Shown piece by piece: positions 18,273 through 28,278 of a stretch of 64,000 bases of DNA (positions are counted from its first letter, which is position 1; each line of letters opens with the position of its first letter). The stretch spans positions 5,842 through 69,841 of the forward strand of contig CAZRMJ010000002.1 in the NCBI GenBank assembly GCA_964601175.1. The letters are read 5' to 3'. Below the pieces are notes generated by a model that had not been told where the DNA came from, did not search any database, and saw only the letters and a program-made list of their open reading frames with translations. This DNA comes from Candidatus Woesearchaeota archaeon. GTDB taxonomy: Archaea; Nanobdellota; Nanobdellia; Pacearchaeales; GW2011-AR1. A program made the translations under genes and the position numbers.

Positions 18273-19034
18273 ATGAATAAACTTGCAATTGTTATCCCGG
18301 CACACAATGAAGAAAAAAGAATAGGGGCTACTCTGAAATCTTACTTATCTTATTTTAAGAATATTAAGGGGGCAGACATAATAGTCGTTATTAATGCTTG
18401 TACTGATAACACTAGAAATATAGTATATCAAAATAGAAATAATCGCTTAAAAATTTTAGAGTTTGTCAAAGGTGGAAAGGGTTTTGCAGTTATTGAAGGT
18501 TTTAGATATTCATTAAATAATGATTATGATTTTGTAGGCTTTGTAGATGCTGATATGTCAACGAAACCTGACGAATTTTATAGACTTTTTTCAAAAATTA
18601 AAGGATGTGATGGAGTTATAGCCAGTAGATATTTAAGAGGAGCTAAATTAAATCCCAAAAATACATTTCTTAGGATTATTGCTTCTAGAGTATATAATTT
18701 GTTTATTAGATCGCTATTAATGATCCCTTATAAGGACACTCAATGCGGGGCTAAGATTTTCAAGGCTAGTTCATTAGGAAAAATTATTGATACTTTGGGA
18801 ATGACAAGTTGGGCCTTTGATATAGAACTTTTATATAAGCTTTCTAAAAAAGGATTCAAAATCTTGGAAGAACCTACTATCTGGTCAAATAAGGAAGGAT
18901 CTAAAATAAACTTTTGGCAATCTGGTCCTTGGATGGCACTCGCAGTCTTTCGTTTGAGAATCCTTAATTCTCCTTTTAAAGATGTTGTTAGAGCATATGA
19001 TAAATTTATAGGTATGTTTAAACCTGCTAAATAA
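18273..19034 (+). CDS. GT2 glycosyltransferase, Dol-P/polyprenol-phosphate sugar synthase-like (DPM1/AglD-like)
   Basis: IVIPAHNEEKRI...VVINACTDNT...FVDADMST is a GT-A DxD fold. Confidence 0.7.
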   Translation: MNKLAIVIPAHNEEKRIGATLKSYLSYFKNIKGADIIVVINACTDNTRNIVYQNRNNRLKILEFVKGGKGFAVIEGFRYSLNNDYDFVGFVDADMSTKPDEFYRLFSKIKGCDGVIASRYLRGAKLNPKNTFLRIIASRVYNLFIRSLLMIPYKDTQCGAKIFKASSLGKIIDTLGMTSWAFDIELLYKLSKKGFKILEEPTIWSNKEGSKINFWQSGPWMALAVFRLRILNSPFKDVVRAYDKFIGMFKPAK

Positions 19035-19035
19035 T

Positions 19036-19515
19036 ATGGTAAAAAATATTGCTATAATAACCTCCAAAGGAGGGCACCTTGGACAGATGAAACTCCTATT
19101 TACGGATAAAGTTATAAGAAAAGATAATTGCATACTCATAACTGAAGATATTAAACCTTCTATCAAAAAAAACTCTTTTTTAGGAAAATACACTACTTAT
19201 TTTTTTAAGAAAGATTTGCTCCTTAGGCTTAACCCATTTAATTATTTGAAAACTTTAATTCAGATTATCAAAATTTTAAAGAATGAAAAAATAAATTTGA
19301 TATTTACAAATGGTGCTCAAATATCAATACCTGCCGTTATTGCTGGAAGAATTCTTGGAATAAAAACAATATTTATAGATACTGTCATAAGAGTAAAAAC
19401 TCCTAATTGGTCCGCTAGAGCTTGTTATATTTTTGCTAGTGAATTTTGGGTTCAACATAGCAACATGGCTAAAAAATATGGTAAAAAATCTAAATATGTT
19501 GGAGGAATAGTATGA
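19036..19515 (+). CDS. Alg14-like subunit of split UDP-sugar glycosyltransferase
   Basis: 159 aa; N-terminal IAIITSKGGHLGQM matches the Alg14 G-GGH-x-EM motif. Overlaps the next gene. Confidence 0.7.
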   Translation: MVKNIAIITSKGGHLGQMKLLFTDKVIRKDNCILITEDIKPSIKKNSFLGKYTTYFFKKDLLLRLNPFNYLKTLIQIIKILKNEKINLIFTNGAQISIPAVIAGRILGIKTIFIDTVIRVKTPNWSARACYIFASEFWVQHSNMAKKYGKKSKYVGGIV

Positions 19516-19979
19516 TTTTCATTACAATTGGGACTCACCCTGATCAATTTGATAGGCTCATAAGAAGAATAGATGAAATTGCTCCAAAAATAAATGAAAA
19601 GATAATAATTCAAAGAGGGTTTACTAAATATGCTCCTAAAAACTGCGAATATTTTGATTTTACTGATAAAATGGATGAATATTATAAGAAGGCAAGAATA
19701 GTTATCGCTCAATCTGCAACTTCTCTAATAGAGTTTATCTTAAAATATGGCAAACCAGTCATAACTGTTCCAAGAGAGTCTAAATATAAAGAACATATAA
19801 ATGACCATCAAGTTGAATTTGCAGAATATTTTGCTAAAAGGGCAGGAGTTCTTCTCATTAGAGATATGAATCAAATTACTCCTAAATTACTCTTAAGCTA
19901 TAATAAAAAACCTAAAATAAATTTGGAAGGTTTGCATAAGTTACAGGATTTGATAAAAAAGGTTATTGATAACTCATGA
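19512..19979 (+). CDS. Alg13-like (GT28 C-terminal domain) catalytic subunit of split glycosyltransferase
   Basis: MIFITIGTHPDQFDRLI...GKPVITVPRE...NDHQVEFAEYFA matches the Alg13/MurG C-terminal domain. Confidence 0.7.
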   Translation: MIFITIGTHPDQFDRLIRRIDEIAPKINEKIIIQRGFTKYAPKNCEYFDFTDKMDEYYKKARIVIAQSATSLIEFILKYGKPVITVPRESKYKEHINDHQVEFAEYFAKRAGVLLIRDMNQITPKLLLSYNKKPKINLEGLHKLQDLIKKVIDNS

Positions 19980-20629
19980 TTTCTGCAGATAATAGAACCG
20001 ATTATATAATTAAGTTAGCTGAACTCAAAAGGAGTGATTCTGTTTTAACAATAGGAATATCTAACATTCCTGAAATTGAGAGAATAATAGAAAAAAGAGT
20101 AAAGTTATGTGCTTGTATAGATTTGGATAAAAATAAACTAAATCATGCTAAAAAATACCTGGAAAAAACTAAACTAATTTTTGCAGATATATTGAATCCC
20201 CCTAAAGACATTTTTGGAAACTTTGATACTGTGATTATGCTTGAAGTTCTTGAGCACATAGATAATGATGGTGCTGTAATTAAAAATATACATAAAATTT
20301 TGAAAAAAAATGGAAAATTGATATTGACTGTTCCAAATAAACACCCATTACATTTGATTAATCCAGTAAAATACACCCAACATAAAAGACATTATAGCAT
20401 GGAAGATATTATTAAAGTTTTAAAAAATGGTCAATTTAAAATAGATTTTACAAATACGGTTGAATCTCCAAAACTAATTTTTGATTTATATGTGCACCTT
20501 TTTTGTAAATATATCCTTAATAAAAACGTTCCATTTGCAATACTTACAGGAAAGAAAGATTCTACTTATTTAAAAATTAATAAAGATTCTAAAGGTCTTG
20601 ATTCTTTAGTTGTTGCTTCGAAAATTTAA
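19976..20629 (+). CDS. Class I SAM-dependent methyltransferase (type 11)
   Basis: ...VIMLEVLEHIDNDGAVIKNIHKILKKNGKLILTVPNK. Confidence 0.7.
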   Translation: MISADNRTDYIIKLAELKRSDSVLTIGISNIPEIERIIEKRVKLCACIDLDKNKLNHAKKYLEKTKLIFADILNPPKDIFGNFDTVIMLEVLEHIDNDGAVIKNIHKILKKNGKLILTVPNKHPLHLINPVKYTQHKRHYSMEDIIKVLKNGQFKIDFTNTVESPKLIFDLYVHLFCKYILNKNVPFAILTGKKDSTYLKINKDSKGLDSLVVASKI

Positions 20630-21618
20630 ATATATTTTATAAAATTTTTTATTTTAGAGGTAGTTACAAAACCATATAAAAGAGTCATGAAGAATACGTA
20701 AAATGGGTGCATAACCCAGTAAAATTTTTTCGTTCTATACATTATAGGTAAAACTTGAATTAAGGGTACAATTAAAGTTAAATTTGTTAAAACCATTATA
20801 AAGAATCTAAAGATGCTTGGAGGATTGCCGACTTTTGTCCAGTTAAATGATTTGTGTTCATATTCTTTATCTATGAATCTATGGAAATATATTGCTTTTT
20901 TCTTTAAAAAACTAAACATATTATTAGAGGTTTTATGGTAAACTCTTGGCTTTATGTGCACTGCTACTTTCATATTCTTGCTGGCCATTGATGCAGATAC
21001 ATCCACATCTCTAGTATACCCGTTTATTATTTTGAATACTTTTTTTCTGAATGCGCATCCGTTGGCACCTATAAATAAAATATTTCTTTTTGAAAGGTTA
21101 TAAGTGTAATAATCTCCATCTTTTTTAAATTTAGACGGATTTAAAATTATCTGGGAAGTTAAAGAATAAGGAGCTGCAAATGGATCTTCTACTCCTAAAG
21201 CATTTACATATCTTAAAAAGTTAGTATCTTTTTCTTGGGGAGAGGTTAGCGATTGCGAGGCCATTATATTTTTATCTTTGAATGGTTCTAAAATGTGTTT
21301 TAACCAATCCCTATTAGTAAGAATATTATCGTGATCTAAAAAAATAATGAATTCTCCTTTGGCCCTGGATACACCTTGATCTTTCCCATTTCCCCTACCT
21401 TCAGATAATTTGTTTGGATTATTAAAGAGTTTTATGCCTTTTTCCCTTTTCATGTAAGATTTCACTATATCAATAGTCTTATCCTTAGAACCTCCATCGA
21501 TTATTATTATTTCATAGTCTTTTTTTGAAAAGTCTTGCATTAATATGGAATCAATGCATTCTTTGAGGGTTCTCTCTGCATTGAGTATTCCTAAGATGTA
21601 ACTTACTTTTATTGCCAT
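20626..21618 (-). CDS. GT2 glycosyltransferase with C-terminal membrane anchor
   Basis: ILGILNAERTLKECIDSILMQDF...EIIIIDGGSKDKT...FLDHDN, plus C-terminal TM helices. Confidence 0.75.
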   Translation of the reverse strand: MAIKVSYILGILNAERTLKECIDSILMQDFSKKDYEIIIIDGGSKDKTIDIVKSYMKREKGIKLFNNPNKLSEGRGNGKDQGVSRAKGEFIIFLDHDNILTNRDWLKHILEPFKDKNIMASQSLTSPQEKDTNFLRYVNALGVEDPFAAPYSLTSQIILNPSKFKKDGDYYTYNLSKRNILFIGANGCAFRKKVFKIINGYTRDVDVSASMASKNMKVAVHIKPRVYHKTSNNMFSFLKKKAIYFHRFIDKEYEHKSFNWTKVGNPPSIFRFFIMVLTNLTLIVPLIQVLPIMYRTKKFYWVMHPFYVFFMTLLYGFVTTSKIKNFIKYI

Positions 21619-23435
21619 TATAATTTTATTTTATCTGGTTTAATATTATCTACATATATTTTATTCCAAAGTTCCAAGTTTAGAAGTGTCCAAATCTTAT
21701 GATCATTTCTATAATCTGTAGGTTTATTGATTAAGTTAGTTATTTCACTTGTCTTCAAAATTCCTCTTTTACTTAAATCAGAGATATGAGGACTTATTCT
21801 ATCTATGAAATCATTTTTTGTAGACCAGGTTGAAATTGGTAAGCTAAAACCTTGTTTTTTTCTTTTAATTATTTGCTCAGGAAGTTTATTTTTTATTACT
21901 TCTCTGAATAATTTTTTGTTTATCTTGTATTCTCTTTTTATGTTAAACATATAGGCGATTAAATCTTTATCTAAGAAAGGAGTCCTAACCTCTAAGCCAT
22001 GAGCCATGCTGGTTTTATCTACTTTCATTAAAAGGTCATTTGGAAGCCACTCTTTAAAGTAAAAATTAATTGAAGTTTTGTAAAGATCTTTTTGTAAATA
22101 ACTATCCAATATATTGCTTACATCATCCCCGGTATATTCTTTAATCTCTTGTTCATTAAATGGGAAATAATACAGCTTTTTGTAAGCTTCTTCTAGATTT
22201 TTGCTGCTTAATAATGAAGATCCGAAGTTATATATTTGTTTTTTAGGATATTTATTTAAAGAGGACATTAATTTTAAAGTTTGAGATATTGCGTAAGATA
22301 TTGGTCTTGGAATTTTATTAATTTTGTTTAATAAAGATAACCTGTTTATAGTATCATAACCTCCAAAAATTTCGTCTCCACCTTCTCCAGATAAAGCCAC
22401 TTTAACGTGCTTAGAAATTTCTTCTGAAAGGACGTATGTTGGAAGAGCTGCAGGATCTGAGATCGGTTCATCCATATGATAAACAACTTGGGGCAAATAA
22501 GATAATATATCTCTGTCAAGCATTATCTCTTTGTGATCTGTACCAAAATGCTCTGATACCAACCTAGAATATTTAGATTCATCAAGCCCTTCAGTAAAAC
22601 CTACCGAAAAGGTTTTTACTTTGTCTACTTTTCTTGACATGTAAGAAACTATCGCGCTAGAATCTAAACCTCCTGACAATAAAACCCCTACAGGTACATC
22701 AGAAATAAGCCTTTTTTCAATAGACTTTTCTAAAATTTCATCCAGTTGGTTTAAATCAGGATCTTTTTCTTCATTTAGGTTTGGAAGACTCCAATAATTG
22801 AATATCTTTAATTCTCCTTTGGAGAATATTCCGTATGAAGATGGGGGCAGTTTCTTTATGTCTGAAAAAACAGTATCGTTTCCAGGAGAAAACCTGGACA
22901 TTATAGTTTTAAGCATAATCTCTTTAGATATTTGATTAGATACTTCCGCTTCTAGGAGAGACTTTATTTCGGATGAAAAAATTAATTCTTTGTTCTTTAT
23001 TGAATAATACAATGGTTTTTTTCCGATCCTATCTCTTGCTAATATAATCTGTTTCTTTTTCTTATCATATATTGCTAACGCGAACATTCCATCAAGCATC
23101 GAAAAGATATCTGTTCCATAAAGATCATAACCTCTTAGAATAACTTCTGTATCGCCATCACTTTTAAATTTCAAACCCTCTTCAATAAGTTTACTTTTTA
23201 TTTCTTTGAAGTTATAGATTTCCCCATTAAAAACAATAACTAGAGATTTATGTTCATTAAACATTGGTTGATTACCCTTTGGGGAAAGATCTATTATGCT
23301 CAATCTTCTGTGCCCCAATGAGATATTTTTATCGGTAAAATGTCCACTGGAATCTGGACCTCTATGTGCGATGCAAGAAGTCATTTTTTTTATTAAAGAT
23401 TTATCTTCCCATGAAAACCCCGTTATTCCGCACAT
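21618..23435 (-). CDS. asnB: Asparagine synthase (glutamine-hydrolysing)-family amidotransferase
   Basis: 605 aa; N-terminal MCGITG Cys nucleophile, GATase-II domain plus PP-loop SGGLDSS synthetase domain. Confidence 0.85.
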   Translation of the reverse strand: MCGITGFSWEDKSLIKKMTSCIAHRGPDSSGHFTDKNISLGHRRLSIIDLSPKGNQPMFNEHKSLVIVFNGEIYNFKEIKSKLIEEGLKFKSDGDTEVILRGYDLYGTDIFSMLDGMFALAIYDKKKKQIILARDRIGKKPLYYSIKNKELIFSSEIKSLLEAEVSNQISKEIMLKTIMSRFSPGNDTVFSDIKKLPPSSYGIFSKGELKIFNYWSLPNLNEEKDPDLNQLDEILEKSIEKRLISDVPVGVLLSGGLDSSAIVSYMSRKVDKVKTFSVGFTEGLDESKYSRLVSEHFGTDHKEIMLDRDILSYLPQVVYHMDEPISDPAALPTYVLSEEISKHVKVALSGEGGDEIFGGYDTINRLSLLNKINKIPRPISYAISQTLKLMSSLNKYPKKQIYNFGSSLLSSKNLEEAYKKLYYFPFNEQEIKEYTGDDVSNILDSYLQKDLYKTSINFYFKEWLPNDLLMKVDKTSMAHGLEVRTPFLDKDLIAYMFNIKREYKINKKLFREVIKNKLPEQIIKRKKQGFSLPISTWSTKNDFIDRISPHISDLSKRGILKTSEITNLINKPTDYRNDHKIWTLLNLELWNKIYVDNIKPDKIKL

Positions 23436-25048
23436 TAAATTTTATAGTCTACTTTGTATAGAACTAATCCTCCAAAATTATTATCTGTTGGATATATCAA
23501 TGTGAAATCTGCTAAATTGTTAGATATTTTTTTCTTTAGATCATATTGTACTATTTGACCTTGAGGTGAAACAATTATGCTTGAGTTAAAATACTCAAAT
23601 ATGATCCCAATATAGCCTTGATCATTCTGCACATGTTTGACCATCCACAATGGATGATGTGGCTCGATAATTGAAGCCATTATGAACTTGGGTTTTTCTT
23701 TTAAGAGTAATTTAGTGAAGTTCTCCTTATCTAAATCGGCGTAAGTAATTACTTTTCTTTCAGAATAATCTGTTGTTTGAGTATATGAAACACTAAATAC
23801 TTTATCTTCAGGATCAGAATTATCTTTTATAATTAATGAAGCATCTTTTACTGGAAGATAAGTTAGTTTCTTGTTATTTATTAAATCGGTAGTATAACTT
23901 ATTTGGGATATTGAGTAATATGTAAAAACAGTTATTATTAAGACAATTAATACAATTTTAAGAGATTTATTTGCAGCTCCCTTTTTATTAATTATCGAAG
24001 CCACAAGATTTATTGGTTTAGCTGCGAAAAAGAAAATAAATGGGATCACTAATAAAACCCATCTATCTTCTATGGTTCCTTTTATATAAAATAAGTAGAA
24101 AAACGCTATTACTAGCAATGTAATCATTGAAAGAATACTTGGGTCAAACCTATTTTCTTTTTTGAAGATATTTTCATTTATTTTTAAGAAATAGTTTAAT
24201 AAAAATAAAACTGCGCCTACAAGGAATAGCATGAAAAAGAGAAAACCAGGGAATGATGCTGCAGAATTACTTGATTTATAAAAGAAATCAAAGACTCCCC
24301 ATCCTAAATTTCTTCCAGTATTAAAGTCTCCAGAATAAGATGGTGCAAAAGCTAACGGGCTTCCAAAAGATACCCATTGCCAAATCATAAACGGAATAAG
24401 GCCTACTATAAAGGCAATTAAAATTAACCAATAGTTCTTTTTTGTGAACAAACTGAGACCTTCATAATATAAGGAAAATATTACTATGGATAAAGGAACT
24501 AATAGTGCAGATATTTTAAAGTAAAAACCTGCTGCACACATGAGTCCAGTAAATATTGCATACTTGGAAGTTTTATGTTTCAAAAATCTCCAGAAAAATA
24601 GAAAAGATAAAACTTGAAAGTTAAGAGATAAGAAATCTGGTTGAAATCTTACGCTCCAAAAGTTTATTGACCAAACTAAAGATGTTGCAAATGCGCTAAT
24701 CAATCCAGTTTTATGCCCGTATAATTCCTTTCCTAAATAATATACTGCAACAATAAGAGTTATAGATGGTAGTGCTACTAAAATAAATTTAAGCGCTGTC
24801 TCTCCAAAACCAATTTTAAGAAGAAATGCTGCAAGCAACTGGAACAAAGGAGGCCTTTGTTCATTTAGATCATATGGCACTCCAAATGCCCAATGCTTTG
24901 CAGCAGACATATATTCTGCTTCATCCCACCAAAGTGTTTGTCCCGATGAAATAATGAAATAAAAAACCTTTATCACGAAAGCGATAAAGATAACTAAAGC
25001 TACCTGAAACATTTCATTTTTTAATAAATTAGATACTTTTTTTGACAT
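23435..25048 (-). CDS. GT-C fold glycosyltransferase (ArnT/PMT, GT39/83-like)
   Basis: 537 aa, many TM helices; first-loop motif TLWWDEAEYMSAAKHWAFG (conserved DE). Confidence 0.6.
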   Translation of the reverse strand: MSKKVSNLLKNEMFQVALVIFIAFVIKVFYFIISSGQTLWWDEAEYMSAAKHWAFGVPYDLNEQRPPLFQLLAAFLLKIGFGETALKFILVALPSITLIVAVYYLGKELYGHKTGLISAFATSLVWSINFWSVRFQPDFLSLNFQVLSFLFFWRFLKHKTSKYAIFTGLMCAAGFYFKISALLVPLSIVIFSLYYEGLSLFTKKNYWLILIAFIVGLIPFMIWQWVSFGSPLAFAPSYSGDFNTGRNLGWGVFDFFYKSSNSAASFPGFLFFMLFLVGAVLFLLNYFLKINENIFKKENRFDPSILSMITLLVIAFFYLFYIKGTIEDRWVLLVIPFIFFFAAKPINLVASIINKKGAANKSLKIVLIVLIITVFTYYSISQISYTTDLINNKKLTYLPVKDASLIIKDNSDPEDKVFSVSYTQTTDYSERKVITYADLDKENFTKLLLKEKPKFIMASIIEPHHPLWMVKHVQNDQGYIGIIFEYFNSSIIVSPQGQIVQYDLKKKISNNLADFTLIYPTDNNFGGLVLYKVDYKI

Positions 25049-25087
25049 ATTAGGCTTTATTCAGGGTGATTTAAATCTCTTTTGATA

Positions 25088-26206
25088 TTATTGACTTATC
25101 AAAGATTCTAGTTTTTGAATTATTTTGTCCCATTTGTAATTTTCAGAGAAAGCTCTAGCTTTTATTTTAATTGATGCAAGATCCTTTTTATTCGAATTTT
25201 GAACTAATTTTAAAACTCTTTCCAAATCTTTAGAATCTTCATTTTTGAATAGAAAACCAGTCACATTATCTTTTACCAATTCCTTATTTCCTTCATTATC
25301 GCTACATACAACTATCTTTCCTCTAGCCATTGCTTCTACAAGTGTTTGAGGCATACCTTCACTCTTTGAAGGAATCACAAATATTTCTGAGCGATCTAAT
25401 TCTTTTATTTGTTCAGAAGAATTATATTTTTTTGATATAAAATTGATGTTTTTTAAATTGTTTTCATTTGCTAAATCTTTTAATTTTGTGAGATAATCTG
25501 AATCTGCTGGACCCATTATCTCCAGATCGAAACCTTTAATTTTTGATAAAGCTGCTACCAATATTTCTAAATTCTTTATCGGGCTAACTCTTCCTGTATA
25601 GACTATTTTGATTAGTTTACTTGATTTTGTTGATTTTATCGGTTTAAAAAATTCTTTAGATATCCCGTTTGGAATATGATATATCTTGTTAATGCTGACT
25701 CCTAAATCTTTCAAATGACTATATTCCCATTTGGTTATTGCAATTATCCCAGTGAATTTTTTTAATTGCTTTCTACCTATAAATTTATCATATAAATTTA
25801 CAATTAAATTTTCTAAAAATGATCTAGAGCTTTTTCTTGCAAACGGTGCATGTGTGACTAAAAATATTTTACATTTCAGTTTCTTTGCTACCTTTAGAGC
25901 TTTTGAAACATGAATATGCCTGTATGCGTGAACTATGATTACATCTGGATTAAACTTAAGAGCCTCTCTTTCAAAATTCCAATACATGTAACTCTCTCCT
26001 CCAAGTTTTACACTTGAAAAACGTTTGATGTTTACTCCATTTACTACTTCTTCTGAAGCACATATCTCTTTTGAACCCTTTACATTATTTGTTGAAAAAA
26101 TTACTACTTCATGTCCTTTTTCATTTAAGAGCTTGGATTCATTTAATACCCTCATTCCAACCCCGCATCCTCCAGCAGTATAGTTGGTTATTTCAAGAAT
26201 TTTCAT
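25088..26206 (-). CDS. GT4 (group 1) glycosyltransferase
   Basis: 372 aa; C-terminal EGMPQTLVEAMARGKIVVCSD is the GT-B E-x7-E region. Confidence 0.8.
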   Translation of the reverse strand: MKILEITNYTAGGCGVGMRVLNESKLLNEKGHEVVIFSTNNVKGSKEICASEEVVNGVNIKRFSSVKLGGESYMYWNFEREALKFNPDVIIVHAYRHIHVSKALKVAKKLKCKIFLVTHAPFARKSSRSFLENLIVNLYDKFIGRKQLKKFTGIIAITKWEYSHLKDLGVSINKIYHIPNGISKEFFKPIKSTKSSKLIKIVYTGRVSPIKNLEILVAALSKIKGFDLEIMGPADSDYLTKLKDLANENNLKNINFISKKYNSSEQIKELDRSEIFVIPSKSEGMPQTLVEAMARGKIVVCSDNEGNKELVKDNVTGFLFKNEDSKDLERVLKLVQNSNKKDLASIKIKARAFSENYKWDKIIQKLESLISQ

Positions 26207-26246
26207 AATATATCCAATAAAATACTTTATTTAATAAACTTGGTGT

Positions 26247-27299
26247 CTAAATTAGTTTTCTATTTAAGTTTAGTACTTCACCCTTATAATCTTCTGCGCT
26301 TTTTGCTCTGTTCAACACATCATTTACTTCATTGAGAGTCTCGTCAATTCTTGTGCCTTCGAAACCGAATCCCAGTTTTGATCCATAGAATTTTAGAACA
26401 TTCAGGAATTCATATACTGTACTAAGCCTTAGCCTCCATTCAGAAGGCATTGATTCCATATTTGCCTGCTCAAGCCTTGAAGCAAGAGTAACTCTTTCAT
26501 AGCATTCTGGAGTCCAAGAATGATCCGGAACCTCTATCTTTCCAGATCCCCTCATTTGCTCGGGAGCTTCATAACGAAGAGGGTTGTTTACGCTAAAATA
26601 ACTCTGGGTGGCACCAAGTAATCTAGCCATCAACTGTAATTTCGCCTGTGGAAAACTGCATGACAGCTCTAGAGCACTTCCATCTTGGTATCTCCTTAAA
26701 AGTTTTTCAAGAACATCTCTTGAAAAAGCGTGTGCTGTTGCAGCAACATCTGTCAATCCTTCATCAAATGGCAAGTGCAGGGAGTAATGATGGTTGATTA
26801 TACTCTCTGTGAGAACTAGAGAAGTATGATGCGTATTAGTTGCGCTTGGGGATCTTCCGACTATTGTCGTAGTTCCATCTATTGTTTGGCCACTTATTCT
26901 TTCTAACATCTCTATGGTCTCATCAGGATAATATGCCAAGCCCATAGAAAACCTATCCGAATCCATATAAAATATTACAGGGGCTGATGAAGATTCAAGT
27001 CCAAGCTTTAAAGATTGGATATGATTTCTTTCAATGCCATTTTCTCCTTCTCTGAGAGGTTGTGCTGACTCTGCCAATAAATTAAAATTTGCAGATGCAA
27101 ACATGTATATATCTGAGGGATTTAGCATATCTCCCCTAGTTTTATCAGTAGCACTGATACACCACTGCAATCCTGACCCTGATAGTAGGGGCTCGATATG
27201 TCTGATAGCCTCAAGTGTTGAAGATTGGGGTTCATGCATTGTTGAAGAAATTACAACTTTACCGGCAATCCTTTTTAGCCTCTCTGTGTATTCATTCAT
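26247..27299 (-). CDS. Hypothetical protein, compositionally atypical (GC-richer), possible GT-A-like with DxD motif
   Basis: 350 aa ORF. Noticeably higher GC and a K-poor, R/L/S-rich protein compared with its neighbours. Contains VIFYMDSDRF (DxD-like). No family recognised from sequence alone. Confidence 0.5.
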   Translation of the reverse strand: MNEYTERLKRIAGKVVISSTMHEPQSSTLEAIRHIEPLLSGSGLQWCISATDKTRGDMLNPSDIYMFASANFNLLAESAQPLREGENGIERNHIQSLKLGLESSSAPVIFYMDSDRFSMGLAYYPDETIEMLERISGQTIDGTTTIVGRSPSATNTHHTSLVLTESIINHHYSLHLPFDEGLTDVAATAHAFSRDVLEKLLRRYQDGSALELSCSFPQAKLQLMARLLGATQSYFSVNNPLRYEAPEQMRGSGKIEVPDHSWTPECYERVTLASRLEQANMESMPSEWRLRLSTVYEFLNVLKFYGSKLGFGFEGTRIDETLNEVNDVLNRAKSAEDYKGEVLNLNRKLI

Positions 27300-27383
27300 G
27301 TATTTCTGGTTTAAAAAGATTATATAAAGATATATATTTTATACAATAGGCTATTATTTAAGTTAATTTTTTAAGATCAAGTT
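27300..27383. promoter_or_regulatory. Divergent intergenic region with TATA-like elements
   Basis: 84-bp AT-rich spacer (tatataaagatatatatttta) between divergently transcribed genes. Confidence 0.25.
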
Positions 27384-28262
27384 ATGAATCCCCGAGTAAT
27401 TGTTTTCGGTTCCACAGGGTTGATTGGCTCCAACGTGCTTAAATCTTTAAGAGATCATGAGTTTAATGCTGAAGGAACCTCTAGAAGTGGGAAATATTCT
27501 ACCTCAAAGTTAGATATTACTAGAAGAGAAGACTTAACTGATTTTTTAAACTCTCGCCACCCTGAGGTCATCGTTAATTGTGCTGGAGTAGTAGGAGTCA
27601 ATGAATGCAACAGAGCTCCCTATGATTCTCTAGAAGTTAATACTTCTTTTGTTGGGAATATCTCAAGGTACTGTTCAGATAATGGTGCCAAGCTAGTTCA
27701 TTTATCCACTGTTGCAGTCTTTGATGGCAATAAGAAAACTCCTTATGAAGAAAAGGATCATCCAGATTTCCTTCAAGGGAATTTATACAATATAACTAAG
27801 GCAACAGCCGAAGCCATTGCAAGTTTAGTTCCAGATAATGTAATAATAAGAGTGGGAGATACTTATGGACTTTCTGCATTGCCTGAGAGGACTATTGGAG
27901 GAAGCGTATTTAGATATGCGTTTAATCAGTTGAAAAGTGGAAATGTTCTTGGAGCTTTTAAGGGGGTTATCACTAATCAAACTCTTCTTCAGGATATAGG
28001 ATCCTATGTCTGTTCATTGATTGAATCTGGGTTTTCTGGAAAAATAAATCTTGGAGGCGAGAGAGTTGATATCAGACAATTTTTTGACATGATTAAATCT
28101 ACATTCAACTTGCCTGGAGAAGTAATTGATGCTGAGTTGCCAAGTAATTATCAATCAAATCGTGCGCTTAATTTAAGTACAATGGAAAAGGAGGGCTTTG
28201 TAGTCAGACCTGTTGCTGAGGGTTTGGGAACTCTAGAAGATTATTTAAAAGCACAAAATTAA
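27384..28262 (+). CDS. NAD(P)-dependent sugar-nucleotide reductase/epimerase, RmlD-like (dTDP-4-dehydrorhamnose reductase family)
   Basis: 292 aa; N-terminal Rossmann VIVFGSTGLIGSNV. Confidence 0.65.
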   Translation: MNPRVIVFGSTGLIGSNVLKSLRDHEFNAEGTSRSGKYSTSKLDITRREDLTDFLNSRHPEVIVNCAGVVGVNECNRAPYDSLEVNTSFVGNISRYCSDNGAKLVHLSTVAVFDGNKKTPYEEKDHPDFLQGNLYNITKATAEAIASLVPDNVIIRVGDTYGLSALPERTIGGSVFRYAFNQLKSGNVLGAFKGVITNQTLLQDIGSYVCSLIESGFSGKINLGGERVDIRQFFDMIKSTFNLPGEVIDAELPSNYQSNRALNLSTMEKEGFVVRPVAEGLGTLEDYLKAQN

Positions 28263-28278
28263 ATTATTTAAGTAAAAG

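Noticed and set aside
172-20376. Numerous antisense or embedded ORFs (e.g. 172-375-, 1613-1798+, 3565-3753-, 4889-5356-, 6646-6903-, 10352-10735-, 11261-11476-, 12659-13009+, 13924-14163-, 15661-16117-, 18885-19193-, 19452-19712-, 20143-20376-)
   Set aside because: Each lies inside or antisense to a well-supported gene. They have low-complexity, hydrophobic or Lys/Ile-rich translations typical of shadow ORFs in AT-rich DNA.
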